Positions 17,639 through 25,982 of a DNA stretch of 32,000 nt are shown in pieces. The notes beneath the pieces are model-generated. The model ran no database searches and had not been told where the DNA came from. It saw only the letters and a list, made by a program, of their open reading frames with translations. Both the position numbers and the translations under genes were made by a program. The stretch comes from Alkalilimnicola ehrlichii MLHE-1 (GTDB lineage Bacteria; Pseudomonadota; Gammaproteobacteria; Nitrococcales; Halorhodospiraceae): NCBI RefSeq assembly GCF_000014785.1, contig NC_008340.1, forward strand, positions 2,730,001 through 2,762,000, given 5' to 3'. The first letter of the stretch is position 1. Each line of letters opens with the position of its first letter.

Positions 17639-17673
17639 GCTCGGTTCATTCTCGAGAAATCAGGTGTAACACC

Positions 17674-18144
17674 ATGCAGGTTGCCAAAGACCGGGTCGTG
17701 TCCATCGACTACACCCTTAAAGACACCGAAGGCACGTTGCTGGACTCCTCCGAGGGGCGCGGGCCGCTGGCTTACCTTCACGGCGCGGGCAATATCATCC
17801 CGGGCCTGGAACAGGCGCTCGAGGGGCAGAACAGCGGTGATTCGGTGGAAGTGACCATCGAGCCGGGCGATGCCTACGGCGAGCGCGACGACAACCTGAT
17901 CCAGGATGTCCCCAAGCAGATGTTTGACTCGGTGGAGAAGGTCGAGCCCGGCATGCAGTTCCAGGCCCAGACCCCCAACGGCACGCAGGTAATCACCGTG
18001 CGCGAAGTAGGCGACGAGACGGTCAAGGTGGATGCCAACCATCCGCTGGCCGGCGTCACCCTCAACTTCGACGTCAAGGTGATCGACGTCCGTGACGCCT
18101 CCAGTGAGGAGGTCGAGAACGGCCAGCCCGACCAGCAGCAGTAA
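17674..18144 (+). CDS. slyD: FKBP-type peptidyl-prolyl cis-trans isomerase SlyD (no His-rich tail)
   Basis: The internal ATG at 17674 gives MQVAKDRVVSIDYTLKDTEGTLLDSS...LAYLHGAGNIIPGLEQALEGQ..GDS..V.I.P..AYGERDDNLIQ.VP...F, then NHPLAGVTLNFDVKVIDVR. This is the canonical SlyD FKBP plus IF domain. Confidence 0.9.
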   Translation: MQVAKDRVVSIDYTLKDTEGTLLDSSEGRGPLAYLHGAGNIIPGLEQALEGQNSGDSVEVTIEPGDAYGERDDNLIQDVPKQMFDSVEKVEPGMQFQAQTPNGTQVITVREVGDETVKVDANHPLAGVTLNFDVKVIDVRDASSEEVENGQPDQQQ

Positions 18145-18172
18145 GCGGCCCGGGCACCGCCGATCAATTAGG

Positions 18173-18204
18173 GGCGCGGCGCGACCAACGCCGCGCCTTT
18201 TTTT
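18173..18204 (+). terminator. Rho-independent terminator of slyD
   Basis: GGCGCGGCG-cgaccaa-CGCCGCGCC followed by TTTTTTT. Confidence 0.8.
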
Positions 18205-18267
18205 CGGGCCCGTTCCGGGGCAACCCGCCTTTGTCCTCCGCCCCCCCGTGCTAAGGCTCGCCCGCGC

Positions 18268-18606
18268 CTATTCAGCCTTCACCGGCCGCGGCGGCGCAGG
18301 GCTGCGCTCGATCTCGAAGAGCTTCTGGAAATTGGCCGTGCGCAGGATTTCATCCACCTCCTCCTGACAGTGGCGCAATACCACGCGAGCGCCCTGACCG
18401 GAGGCATGCTCGCGGAGCAGCAGCAGCATGCCGAGCGCGGAGCTGTCCATGGATTCCGCCTGACGCAGATCCACCCGGTAGGTCTCCAGGCCGGCGCGGC
18501 CCCGGTAGGCCCGACGGAAGGGCTTGTGCAGCCCGAAGTCGAACCGGCCCTGGATCTCGAGCACCAGTTCCTTGCCGTTGCGGGCGGTGTAGGCGTTCAC
18601 CGACAT
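18268..18606 (-). CDS. Single-domain STAS protein (anti-sigma-factor-antagonist-like)
   Basis: 112 aa. LVLEIQGRFDFGLHKPFRRAY...VDLRQAESMDSSALGMLLLLRE....GARVVLRHCQEEVDEILRTANFQKLFEI is the typical SpoIIAA/STAS fold signature, including the DSS(A)LG segment. Confidence 0.8.
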   Translation of the reverse strand: MSVNAYTARNGKELVLEIQGRFDFGLHKPFRRAYRGRAGLETYRVDLRQAESMDSSALGMLLLLREHASGQGARVVLRHCQEEVDEILRTANFQKLFEIERSPAPPRPVKAE

Positions 18607-18646
18607 GGTTAAAGGGCTCCTCCGACAGGGCGGGCCAGGGCCTCGC

Positions 18647-18856
18647 TCACGGCTCCAGGGTAAAACCGATCTTCAGGGTGACCTGCCAGTGGGCCACGCG
18701 ACCGTCCTCGATATGGCCCCGGGTCTCGGTGACCTCGAACCAGCGCATGTGGTGGAGGGTGCGGGCCGCCCGTTCAACGGCCTGGTTGACGGCATCCTCC
18801 ATGCTCTTGCTGGAGGATCCAGTCAGTTCCACGATCTTGTAGACGTGATCGCTCAT
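18647..18856 (-). CDS. Dodecin-family flavin-binding protein
   Basis: The internal ATG at 18856 has AAGGAG upstream. [68 protein letters not shown] (69 aa) matches the dodecin pattern (VYK..E..G.S..S.EDA...A...A..T......WFEV...RG.I......YQV.LKVGF). Confidence 0.8.
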   Translation of the reverse strand: MSDHVYKIVELTGSSSKSMEDAVNQAVERAARTLHHMRWFEVTETRGHIEDGRVAHWQVTLKIGFTLEP

Positions 18857-18914
18857 GGTCAGGCTCCTTGGGCGGAGGCCCCGCCCGCTTGTTGCATCGG
18901 TGTCCGGGCGCTGG

Positions 18915-19451
18915 TCAGCGGATGTAGCGCTGCAGCACCTCCCGGAAGACGTCGGTCCCGGCCCGGCGCAGCCACTCAAAGGCCACCATCTCGCGGGTGA
19001 CCACCCAGCAGCCGGCCTGGCGCATGCGCGCCAGCGCGGTGTCGCGATCGTGCGGCCGGCGCGAGCCCACCGCCTCGGCCACCACGAACACCTCGCGCCC
19101 GGCCTCGCGCAGGCCCAGCGCCGTCTGCAGCACGCAGACGTGGGCCTCAGTGCCCACCAGCACCACCTGGGGCTCGTTCAGCTGGCTGAGCGCCTCGGGC
19201 TCGTCCGCCCAGCCGAAGCAGACCTTCTCGTGGATGTGCTCCGCCTCCAACCGCCCCCGCAACAGCGGAATGGTGGGGCCCAGGCCCTCGGGGTACTGCT
19301 CGGTGGCATGGACCGGGATCTTGAGGACCGCCGCCACGTCCATCAGCCAGGCCGTACAGTCCACCACCCGTTCGTGGTCGTGGATCTCGGGCACCAGCTG
19401 CTGTTGGATATCCACCACCAGTAACGACGATTCCTCTGCTTTCAGACGCAT
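18915..19451 (-). CDS. Isochorismatase-family (cysteine) hydrolase
   Basis: The internal ATG at 19451 has GGGAG upstream. [12 protein letters not shown] (catalytic Asp region), [19 protein letters not shown] (catalytic Cys), and a conserved Lys region HEKVCFG. 178 aa. Confidence 0.85.
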   Translation of the reverse strand: MRLKAEESSLLVVDIQQQLVPEIHDHERVVDCTAWLMDVAAVLKIPVHATEQYPEGLGPTIPLLRGRLEAEHIHEKVCFGWADEPEALSQLNEPQVVLVGTEAHVCVLQTALGLREAGREVFVVAEAVGSRRPHDRDTALARMRQAGCWVVTREMVAFEWLRRAGTDVFREVLQRYIR

Positions 19452-19511
19452 ACGGGCTCCCGAGGTTTCTGTCTCATAAATTGACGAACCAGTGTAACTA
19501 AACGCTGAGTA

Positions 19512-19890
19512 CACCGTCATCGCGAGCCCCCCTCCCCGCTGCGCGGGCCCGAATCAACGAGGAACGGGGCACCCCCGTCATTGCCAGGGCCGAAGGCTTT
19601 CCCCCCGTCATCGCGAGGGCCGAAGGCCCGTGGCGATCCAGGGCTGTAGACTGCCGCGTCGGCTTCGCCTCCTCGCAGTGACGGTGGGGGGGTAGCCCTT
19701 CCCGCCGTGACGGTGGGGGCGCCACCCCGTCATCGCGAGGAGCGCAGCGACGTGGCGATCCACACGCCGGCATGGACTGCCGCGCCCCTTCGGGGCTCGC
19801 AGTGACGGTGGGGCGGGTCGCCGCTTGCCGTGACGGTGGGGCGGGCCGCCGGCCGCCGTGACGGTGGGGCGGGTCGCCGTGACGGAGTGG
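19512..19890. repeat. REP/BIME-like repeat cluster 5
   Basis: GTCATCGCGAGCCCCCCTCCCCGCTGCGCGGGCCCGAATCAACGAGGAACGGGGCACCCCCGTCATTGCC..., the full composite GTCATCGCGAGGGCCGAAGGCCCGTGGCGATCCAGGGCTGTAGACTGCCGCGTCGGCTTCGCCTCCTCGCAGTGACGGTGGGGG, and then 3-4 short CCGTGACGGTGGGGCGGG reiterations. Confidence 0.9.
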
Positions 19891-19925
19891 GCTTGCCCCA
19901 GCGCTTTCGTCACAAAATAGTTGAC

Positions 19926-20426
19926 CTAGTTAGTGAGTATAATCCCCACGCCGAATCTGACACGCGGGGCGGTACGCTCGGCCTCCACTGCACGTGGCCA
20001 CAGGTGGAGATCATCGGGCACCACCCGGGGGTAGCGATAAGCGGCCTCACCAATGCGGCCGTCCACCACCTCGTCCACCTGTCCCTGCACGGTCAGGCTG
20101 CGACCGGGGGCGTAGTCGGCCGTCTCCAGGTACCCCGGGTGCTCGACCAGGAATCGCCCCCGGGGGGGTTGCCCGGTGCGGGGCCGCTGGCTGCGGTCCA
20201 GGGGATAGGCGAGCACCTCCAGGCGCGTGCGATCCTCCAGGTTCTCACTGGCGACAATGACCCCGCCCCAGACCACCGGCTGGTCCACGTGGTCGGGGGC
20301 ATCGGCAGCCAGCCGTTGGGGCGTCAGGTCAGGATCAACCTGAGCGGTGTCGTAGCGGGGGCCGGTGGCACAGGCGGCAAGCGCCAGGGCCAGCAACACC
20401 ACGAGTAGTGCTCGCGAAACGGTCAT
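19926..20426 (-). CDS. Slp-family outer-membrane lipoprotein (paralog 1)
   Basis: The ATG at 20426 gives MTVSRALLVVLLALALAAC (lipobox). VVWGGVIVASENLEDRTRLEVLAYPLD....P......RGRFLV.HPGYLE.ADYAPGR.LTV.G is the Slp family pattern. Confidence 0.8.
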   Translation of the reverse strand: MTVSRALLVVLLALALAACATGPRYDTAQVDPDLTPQRLAADAPDHVDQPVVWGGVIVASENLEDRTRLEVLAYPLDRSQRPRTGQPPRGRFLVEHPGYLETADYAPGRSLTVQGQVDEVVDGRIGEAAYRYPRVVPDDLHLWPRAVEAERTAPRVRFGVGIILTN

Positions 20427-20437
20427 GCGCACGGGCT

Positions 20438-20983
20438 TCACCAATAGGGTCCGTAGAAGGGATGGCGGTAGTAGCGCGGAAAGGGGCCGTACCAGGGGTC
20501 ATACCAGGGATCGTAGAAGGGGTCCCGGCGGTAGCTGGGGACCGGCTCGCGCTCCGGCCACAGGTGGTAGACCTCGACCCGCACCCACGGGAAGGTGTAG
20601 CGGTAATCCCCCACGGCCTGCTCCCGCAGCCCCTCAAAGGTACCCACCACCGTGATCGCACGGCCAGGCGCGTGGATGGCGGGGTCGAGAAAGCCCGGCA
20701 CACGGGCCAGGAAGCGGCCGGGGCTGTCATCGTCCCGCTCCGCCGGGCGCCCCCCGACCTGCAACCGGCGGGCGACCACCTCCAGCTCGGTGTGATCGGA
20801 GCGGTTGCGCACCTCGGCAATCACCCCACCCCAGCGCACCGTGCGCCCGGCATGGGCGTCCGGGTCGGCCCGCGCCTCGGCCAAGTCCGGGGCCTCTGGC
20901 GGGGCGCTGCGGATAGGTTCCGGGGCACCGGGCGCGCAGCCCGCCAGCAACAGCACCAACATCAGGGCAATCAGGACCTTCAT
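20438..20983 (-). CDS. Slp-family outer-membrane lipoprotein (paralog 2) with an aromatic/Pro-rich C-terminal tail
   Basis: The ATG at 20983 has GGAGG upstream. MKVLIALMLVLLLAGC (lipobox). VRWGGVIAEVRNRSDHTELEVVARRL...PGRFLARVPGFLDPAIHAPGRAITVVG. The tail is YRRDPFYDPWYDPWYGPFPRYYRHPFYGPYW. It lies 11 nt upstream of paralog 1. Confidence 0.8.
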   Translation of the reverse strand: MKVLIALMLVLLLAGCAPGAPEPIRSAPPEAPDLAEARADPDAHAGRTVRWGGVIAEVRNRSDHTELEVVARRLQVGGRPAERDDDSPGRFLARVPGFLDPAIHAPGRAITVVGTFEGLREQAVGDYRYTFPWVRVEVYHLWPEREPVPSYRRDPFYDPWYDPWYGPFPRYYRHPFYGPYW

Positions 20984-21027
20984 AGCGCACCTCCGTGGCC
21001 CTTGGACCGCCCCGGCACCACTGCGGT

Positions 21028-21660
21028 TCAGTCCATGGCCAGGCGGTCGATCACGGGCAGACACTCCGGGCCGTGGAAATGCAGGCCCAGGTCCTTGAGG
21101 CGACCGCTGGCCAGCCCGTAGATCCAACCATGCACCGACAGCGGCTGCCCCCGCTGCCAGGCCTGTTGTACCACCGTGCTGCGGCAGACATTGCGCACGC
21201 TCTGCTGGACGTTCAATTCGCACAGCAGATCCACCTGCCGCTCCTCGGGCAGATCGCGAAACTGCCCTTCATTCAGATGATAGACGTCCTCGATGTGGCG
21301 CAACCAGTTGTTGACGAAGCCCACGTACTGGTTGCTCAGCGCCGCCTTCACCCCGCCACAGCCGTAGTGGCCACAGACGATGATGTGCCGCACCTTGAGG
21401 ACATCCACGGCGTACTGCAGCACACTCAGGCAATTCACATCGGCGTGGGTGACCACATTGGCGATGTTCCGGTGGACGAACAGTTCGCCCGGCGGCATGT
21501 CGACGATCTCGCTGGCCGGCACCCGGCTGTCCGAGCAGCCAATCCAGAGGTACTCGGGCTTCTGTTCCCTGGCGAGCCGCTGGAAGAACGCCGGATCCTC
21601 CCGCTGCTTGCGCTCGGCCCAGGCCTGGTTGTTGGCCAATAGGTCTTTCAATTCGGGCAT
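21028..21660 (-). CDS. can: Beta-class carbonic anhydrase (Can-type)
   Basis: MPELKDLLANNQAWAE....EDPAFFQRLAREQKPEYLWIGCSDSRVPASEIV...PGELFVHRNIANVV.H.D.NCLSVLQYAVDVLKV.HIIVCGHYGCGGV is near-collinear with my recollection of E. coli Can. The Zn ligands C-D-R / H-x2-C are present. AGGAGG lies upstream of the ATG. Confidence 0.95.
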   Translation of the reverse strand: MPELKDLLANNQAWAERKQREDPAFFQRLAREQKPEYLWIGCSDSRVPASEIVDMPPGELFVHRNIANVVTHADVNCLSVLQYAVDVLKVRHIIVCGHYGCGGVKAALSNQYVGFVNNWLRHIEDVYHLNEGQFRDLPEERQVDLLCELNVQQSVRNVCRSTVVQQAWQRGQPLSVHGWIYGLASGRLKDLGLHFHGPECLPVIDRLAMD

Positions 21661-21760
21661 GGGGCCTCCTGGTCGGTGAATGGGACGGGACTATCGGCCA
21701 AGATACCGCAACCGGCCGGCTTGTGAAGCACCGGCCACCTCCCTCGGCTGGGCCGCCCCC

Positions 21761-22525
21761 TCAGGCCAGGTGATGGCCGGGCAGGCCTTCCAAGTGCTGG
21801 CGCACCTCATCCCAGAGGGCCTCGTAGGCACGGGCCGCCGGGCTGGTGGGGGCGAAGTCGCAGACCGGCCGTTGGTGCAGGCCCATCTGCTCAACCTGGG
21901 TGCTGTAGGGGATGGCCGGGCCAAGCAGCCGCTTCATGTTCAATGGCGGCTGCTCCACCAGTTGCCGGTGCATTCCCCTCCGGCGGTCCACCATTGACCA
22001 GAAGGGCACCAGCTTGCGCCGCGGAAGCTCGTGCTGTTTGAAAAACGCGCGCAGCTGTGCCCAGGCCCGCAGCGACAACGGTGTCGGCACCAGCGGCACC
22101 AGCACCCGGCTGGCGGCACGGAAGACGTTCTCCGACAGGCGGGAGAAGCTGGGCGGGCAGTCGAGCACCGCAAGGGCGTAGCGCTCCGAGAGCGGTTCCA
22201 GAAGCTGGTGGAGCCGGTCGTCCCCGCCCTTCTCGTCCAGGTGGAGATCCAGGTGGCGGTAGCGCTCGTCCGCTGGCAGCAGCTGCAGGTTGTCCCAGGC
22301 GGTGTCGCACAGCTCGCGGCCGATGGGGCGCTTGCCGCTGAGCAGCTTGCGGGGCTTGCCTTGGAGCCCCTCCTCCACCCCCAGGTACCAGCTCGCCGCT
22401 CCCTGCGCGTCCAGGTCCCAGAACACCGTGGGCAGCCCGTCGCGGGCGGCGAGCCAGGCCAGGTTGACGGCGGCGGCGGTCTTGCCGACGCCCCCCTTCA
22501 GGTTGTAAAAGGCGATAACTTCCAA
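21761..22525 (-). CDS. Orphan ParA/MinD-family P-loop ATPase
   Basis: Deviant Walker A with the signature lysine: IAFYNLKGGVGKTAAAVNLA. Walker A' FWDLDAQGAAS. Walker B ALAVLDCPPS. A TTG start at 22525 is inferred from GGAGGA 6 nt upstream (ggaggatctTTGgaagttatc). The longer track ORF (to 22621) overlaps the CHAD gene and adds a Gly/Arg/Pro-rich N-terminus. Confidence 0.85.
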   Translation of the reverse strand: MEVIAFYNLKGGVGKTAAAVNLAWLAARDGLPTVFWDLDAQGAASWYLGVEEGLQGKPRKLLSGKRPIGRELCDTAWDNLQLLPADERYRHLDLHLDEKGGDDRLHQLLEPLSERYALAVLDCPPSFSRLSENVFRAASRVLVPLVPTPLSLRAWAQLRAFFKQHELPRRKLVPFWSMVDRRRGMHRQLVEQPPLNMKRLLGPAIPYSTQVEQMGLHQRPVCDFAPTSPAARAYEALWDEVRQHLEGLPGHHLA

Positions 22526-22572
22526 AGATCCTCCAGGGCACACACCCCCGCAAGGGGGCGCTACCGAATGGT

Positions 22573-23496
22573 TCAGACGGTGCCGCCCTCGTGGCCCAGC
22601 TCCTCGCGCCAGACCTCCCACCAGGCCCGGAGACGGCGCGACAGGGCGCCCGGGCGGTCGGCGTACAGGCGCCGGCCCAGGCGCAGGGCGGGCAGGCGCA
22701 GCTCGTCGTGGCGTTGGGCGATCATGCCGCGGATCAGGCGCCGGTGGACCTCGCCGACATGACCGGGTTCGTCCACCAGGAGCTGGTCCAATACCTGTAG
22801 ATCGTGATCGTCACCGAGCAGATCGGAGAGGGTCTTCAGTTCCGATTGCAGGGTCTTCATCAGCGGTGACCAGAGCAGACGCAGCACCTGCACATGGTAC
22901 CAGTAGTCCTTCACCCGCTTGCGCCATTCGTGCCAGGCCTCCGGGTCGTCGCTGAACCGGCTGGCCTGGAATGCCTGACCGCCGGCCTGATAACAGCGCT
23001 GGAAACCGGCCAGAAAGGCATCCGCCCCCTCGGCCTTCGATGGCCAGTCGGCGATGCGTTCGCGGGCGCCGTGCAGCTCGTCGACCAGGTTCGCCATCTG
23101 CCCGGCCAGGTCCCCCTCCTCCGCGGCCAGTCGGTCGCGGCGAACCTCAAGGGCCCGCTGACAGGCCCCCAGCGCCTCCTGTTGGGTGGGCAGCCGGAAC
23201 CGCTCGCTCAGGGCATCCACCGTTTCCAGCACTGCCTGGGCGTCGCGATAGCCGGACAGGGCGCGGGCCTGGTCCCGATACCAGGCGTTCTCCGCCTGCG
23301 CCCGCTTGCGCCCCAGCGTCGGGCGGAATAGCCGGAGCAGGGCGCGCAGCTCCTTGAAGCGCTTGCGCGCCTGGTGCACCGCCTCGTGGGGATCGCCACC
23401 GCCCTGCAACACCTCAATGGCCGCATCCACCCGGCCCCGGGCCAGCTTGCGGATGTCCGCAGCGAGCGCCCTGCGTCCTTCCAGCCGGAATGCCAT
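22573..23496 (-). CDS. CHAD-domain protein
   Basis: 307 aa and all-helical. VHQARKRFKELRALLRLFRP...YRDAQV and later WHEWRKRVKDYWYHVQVL...LGDDHDLQVL are the conserved His/Arg-rich CHAD repeats. Confidence 0.85.
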   Translation of the reverse strand: MAFRLEGRRALAADIRKLARGRVDAAIEVLQGGGDPHEAVHQARKRFKELRALLRLFRPTLGRKRAQAENAWYRDQARALSGYRDAQAVLETVDALSERFRLPTQQEALGACQRALEVRRDRLAAEEGDLAGQMANLVDELHGARERIADWPSKAEGADAFLAGFQRCYQAGGQAFQASRFSDDPEAWHEWRKRVKDYWYHVQVLRLLWSPLMKTLQSELKTLSDLLGDDHDLQVLDQLLVDEPGHVGEVHRRLIRGMIAQRHDELRLPALRLGRRLYADRPGALSRRLRAWWEVWREELGHEGGTV

Positions 23497-23530
23497 GTCC
23501 CTCTCCAGTGTCTTCCTGACCTCAGGGTAC

Positions 23531-23562
23531 CTTATATAATAATGGAATTAATCATAGTCCAA
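23531..23562 (-). promoter_or_regulatory. Candidate sigma70 promoter for the CHAD/ParA-like genes in a local AT-rich patch
   Basis: On the minus strand: TTGGAC (23562-23557), 18-nt spacer, TATATA(A) (23538-23533). It lies about 35 nt upstream of the CHAD ATG, which has a GGAGAGGG Shine-Dalgarno. This is the only AT-rich stretch in that intergenic region. Confidence 0.35.
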
Positions 23563-23611
23563 CACGGGGTTTTGCTGCAGAACGGCAACCGGGCCGGCCG
23601 CCACGGAGCGG

Positions 23612-25567
23612 TCAACCCAACGCGGCCTCGGCCGCCTCCAACGCCTCCAGGGCCTCCATCCAGTCCGCCTCCAAGGCCTCCTGGCGGGCCTTGAGCACCC
23701 CCTGCCGGTGCAGCAGTTCGGTCAGGCGGTCCTTGCCCGCTGCCTCGTACAAAGCGGGCTCACCCAGGGCCCTCTCCACGTCAGCCAGCTCCCCGCTCAG
23801 TTCATCCAGCGCCTTCTCCAACTGCTCGGCCTTGCGACGCAACGGGCGAAGCTGCTCGCGTTGCCGCGCCTGGGCGCGGCGCTGGGCCTTGCGCGATTCA
23901 GCCGTGTGCGCCGGGGAGGACCCGTGCCGCGGTTCGTCGCCATCAGGCGCGGGCCCGGTCCCGGCAGAGGCGACGCCGTTGACGGCCTTCTGCGCCTCGC
24001 GCCATTCGAGGAACCACTGGCGGTAGGTCTCCAGGTCGCCGTCCAGCGGGCGGACGCGGCCCTCGGCCACCAGGTAGTACTCATCGCAGGTGGTGGTGAG
24101 CAGGTGACGGTCGTGGGAGACGAGGACCACGGCGCCTTCGTATTCCTGCAAGGCGACGGTCAGGGCGTGGCGCATCTCCAGGTCCAGGTGGTTGGTGGGC
24201 TCGTCCAACAGCAACAGGTTGGGCCGCTGCCAGACCAGCAGTGCCAGCACCAGGCGGGCCTTTTCACCACCGCTGAAGGGGGCCACGGCACGGTCCGCAT
24301 CGTCGCCGGAGAAGCCGAAACCGCCGATAAAGTTGCGCAGGGTCTGTTCCTGCGCCTTCGGGGCCAGGCGCTGCAGGTGCAGCAGCGGCGAGGCCTGGCC
24401 ATCCAGTTGCTCCAGTTGATGCTGGGCGAAGTAGCCCACGGCCAGCCCCTGACTGCCGGTGATCTGGCCCGCCTGGGGTTTCAACTCGCCGGCCAGGGCG
24501 CGGATGAAGGTGGACTTGCCGGCCCCGTTCGGTCCCAGCAGGCCCATCCGCTCCCCCGGGCGCAGCGAGAGCTGAATCCGGCGCAGGACCGGGTCACCGC
24601 CATAGCCCAAATCCACCCGGTCGAGCACCAGCAGCGGGTTGGCGGCCCGGGGCGGGTCGGGGAAGTGGAACTCGAAGGGCGCGTCCACGTGCGCCGGGGC
24701 GATGCGCTCCATCCGCTCCAGCGCCTTGATACGGCTCTGCGCCGCCTTGGCCTTGTTGGCCTGGGCGCGGAAGCGGTCGATGAATTTGTGCAGATGGGCA
24801 ATCTCCGCCTGCTGCTTCTCGTACTGGGCCTGCTGTTGCGCCAGGCGCTCGGCGCGGCGCTTTTCGAAGTCGCTGTAGCCGCCCGTATAGTGCACCAGCC
24901 GCCGGCCATCGAAGTGGACGATGCCCTGGACCACGGTGTCGAGGAAGTCGCGGTCGTGGGAGATGAGCAGCAGCGCCCCCGGGTACTGGCAGAGCCACTG
25001 CTCCAGCCAGAGCACAGCCTCCAGGTCCAGGTGGTTGGTGGGCTCGTCCAACAGCAGCAGGTCGGAGGGCTGGATGAGCGCGCGGGCCAGGTTGAGGCGC
25101 ATGCGCCAGCCGCCGGAGAAATCGCTCACCGGCCGGGCCCGCCCGGCGGCGTCAAAACCCAGCCCCTCCAGCAGGGTCTCCGCCCGGGAGGCGGCGGTGT
25201 AGCCGTCGATGGCGTCCAGGCGGGCGTGCAGTTGCCCCATGGCCTCGCCGTCGCCCGCCGCTTCCGCCTCGGCCAGCCGCGCCTGGAGTGCTCGCAGCTC
25301 CAGGTGGCCATCCAGCACGTAGTCCAGGGCGCTGCTGGCCAGCGCCGGGGTCTCCTGGACCACATGGGCGATACGCCAATCACGGGGGATGCCCACCTCG
25401 CCGGCGTCCGGGCCGATCTCGCCCTGCAGCAGGGCGAACAGGGTGCTCTTGCCGCAGCCGTTGGGACCGACCAGGCCGAGGCGCTGCCCCGGGTAGACGG
25501 TGAGACTGGCCTGGTGGAGGAGTTCCTCGGGGCCGCGGGAAAGGGTGATGTCCTTGAGGGTGATCAT
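23612..25567 (-). CDS. yheS: ABC-F family ATPase YheS (tandem ABC domains, coiled-coil C-terminal tail)
   Basis: The internal ATG at 25567 gives MITLKDITLSRG. GPNGCGKSTLF, VSDFSGGWRMRLNLARAL, LLLLDEPTNHLD, the linker RIKALERMERIAPAHVD, the second domain GPNGAGKSTFI, FSGGEKARLVLALLVWQRPNLLLLDEPTNHLD, and VSHDRHLL. It is collinear with my recollection of E. coli YheS throughout. Confidence 0.9.
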   Translation of the reverse strand: MITLKDITLSRGPEELLHQASLTVYPGQRLGLVGPNGCGKSTLFALLQGEIGPDAGEVGIPRDWRIAHVVQETPALASSALDYVLDGHLELRALQARLAEAEAAGDGEAMGQLHARLDAIDGYTAASRAETLLEGLGFDAAGRARPVSDFSGGWRMRLNLARALIQPSDLLLLDEPTNHLDLEAVLWLEQWLCQYPGALLLISHDRDFLDTVVQGIVHFDGRRLVHYTGGYSDFEKRRAERLAQQQAQYEKQQAEIAHLHKFIDRFRAQANKAKAAQSRIKALERMERIAPAHVDAPFEFHFPDPPRAANPLLVLDRVDLGYGGDPVLRRIQLSLRPGERMGLLGPNGAGKSTFIRALAGELKPQAGQITGSQGLAVGYFAQHQLEQLDGQASPLLHLQRLAPKAQEQTLRNFIGGFGFSGDDADRAVAPFSGGEKARLVLALLVWQRPNLLLLDEPTNHLDLEMRHALTVALQEYEGAVVLVSHDRHLLTTTCDEYYLVAEGRVRPLDGDLETYRQWFLEWREAQKAVNGVASAGTGPAPDGDEPRHGSSPAHTAESRKAQRRAQARQREQLRPLRRKAEQLEKALDELSGELADVERALGEPALYEAAGKDRLTELLHRQGVLKARQEALEADWMEALEALEAAEAALG

Positions 25568-25912
25568 GGCTGGGATTCTACCAGCCGATGGTGCCAAGGC
25601 GTCAGGGCGATGCCCCAGGCGGATGCGCACGCAAACCCCGTCGCGGCGACCCTGTGCCACAGCCCTTGGGGTTCACTCACGCACCAATATACGCCACCAA
25701 ACGCAGCGAACACCAAACCATTGCTGCCCCGTGCAACCCCTATATTTGGAATGCACACAATACGTCGCCACCCCCCGGAACAGGGCTGCGCAATACATTG
25801 ATTTTATGGAGGTGGCATTATCCTGGAGCAGAATGATCAGGAATAACCAGGTCCTACTAGCTCGGTCTTTTTTACCATTTCGTAACAGAAAAGACATCGT
25901 TTCTAACCACCC

Positions 25913-25928
25913 GTTACCGCACGGTAAC
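25913..25928. promoter_or_regulatory. Perfect palindrome GTTACCG-CA-CGGTAAC, a candidate upstream activator site
   Basis: 7+7 bp inverted repeat centred about 64 nt upstream of the -24 GG of the putative sigma54 promoter. A weaker TTAC-N6-GTAA sharing the half-site lies at 25872-25885. Confidence 0.3.
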
Positions 25929-25982
25929 AACGGCCCGACCGGGCGGTGCCCAAGCGACTACTTAGGCAGGGCTTTTTCTGTT

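Noticed and set aside
21028-22525. Idea that the ParA-like ATPase next to carbonic anhydrase is a McdA carboxysome-positioning system
   Set aside because: The window contains no carboxysome shell, RuBisCO or csoS genes. There is no small McdB-like ORF in the 100-nt gap. The carbonic anhydrase is the housekeeping Can type, not a carboxysomal one.
22526-22572. CCCCC-ttgc-GGGGG mini-hairpin between the CHAD and ParA-like genes
   Set aside because: It has a 5-bp stem only. Such G/C runs are common in this genome, so it is not distinguishable from background.
23708-25801. 697-aa ORF on the plus strand
   Set aside because: It is antisense to yheS, whose ABC-F motifs are complete on the minus strand. 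Its composition is low-complexity Gly/Ala/Val/Gln/Leu.
25588-25930. Small ORFs (82 aa on the plus strand, 85 aa and 64 aa on the minus strand) in the AT-rich spacer upstream of the cytochrome b gene
   Set aside because: They have no convincing Shine-Dalgarno, they overlap each other and the yheS 5' end, and they have no recognisable motifs. The region is better explained as a regulatory or acquired spacer. A small RNA cannot be excluded, but nothing supports one.
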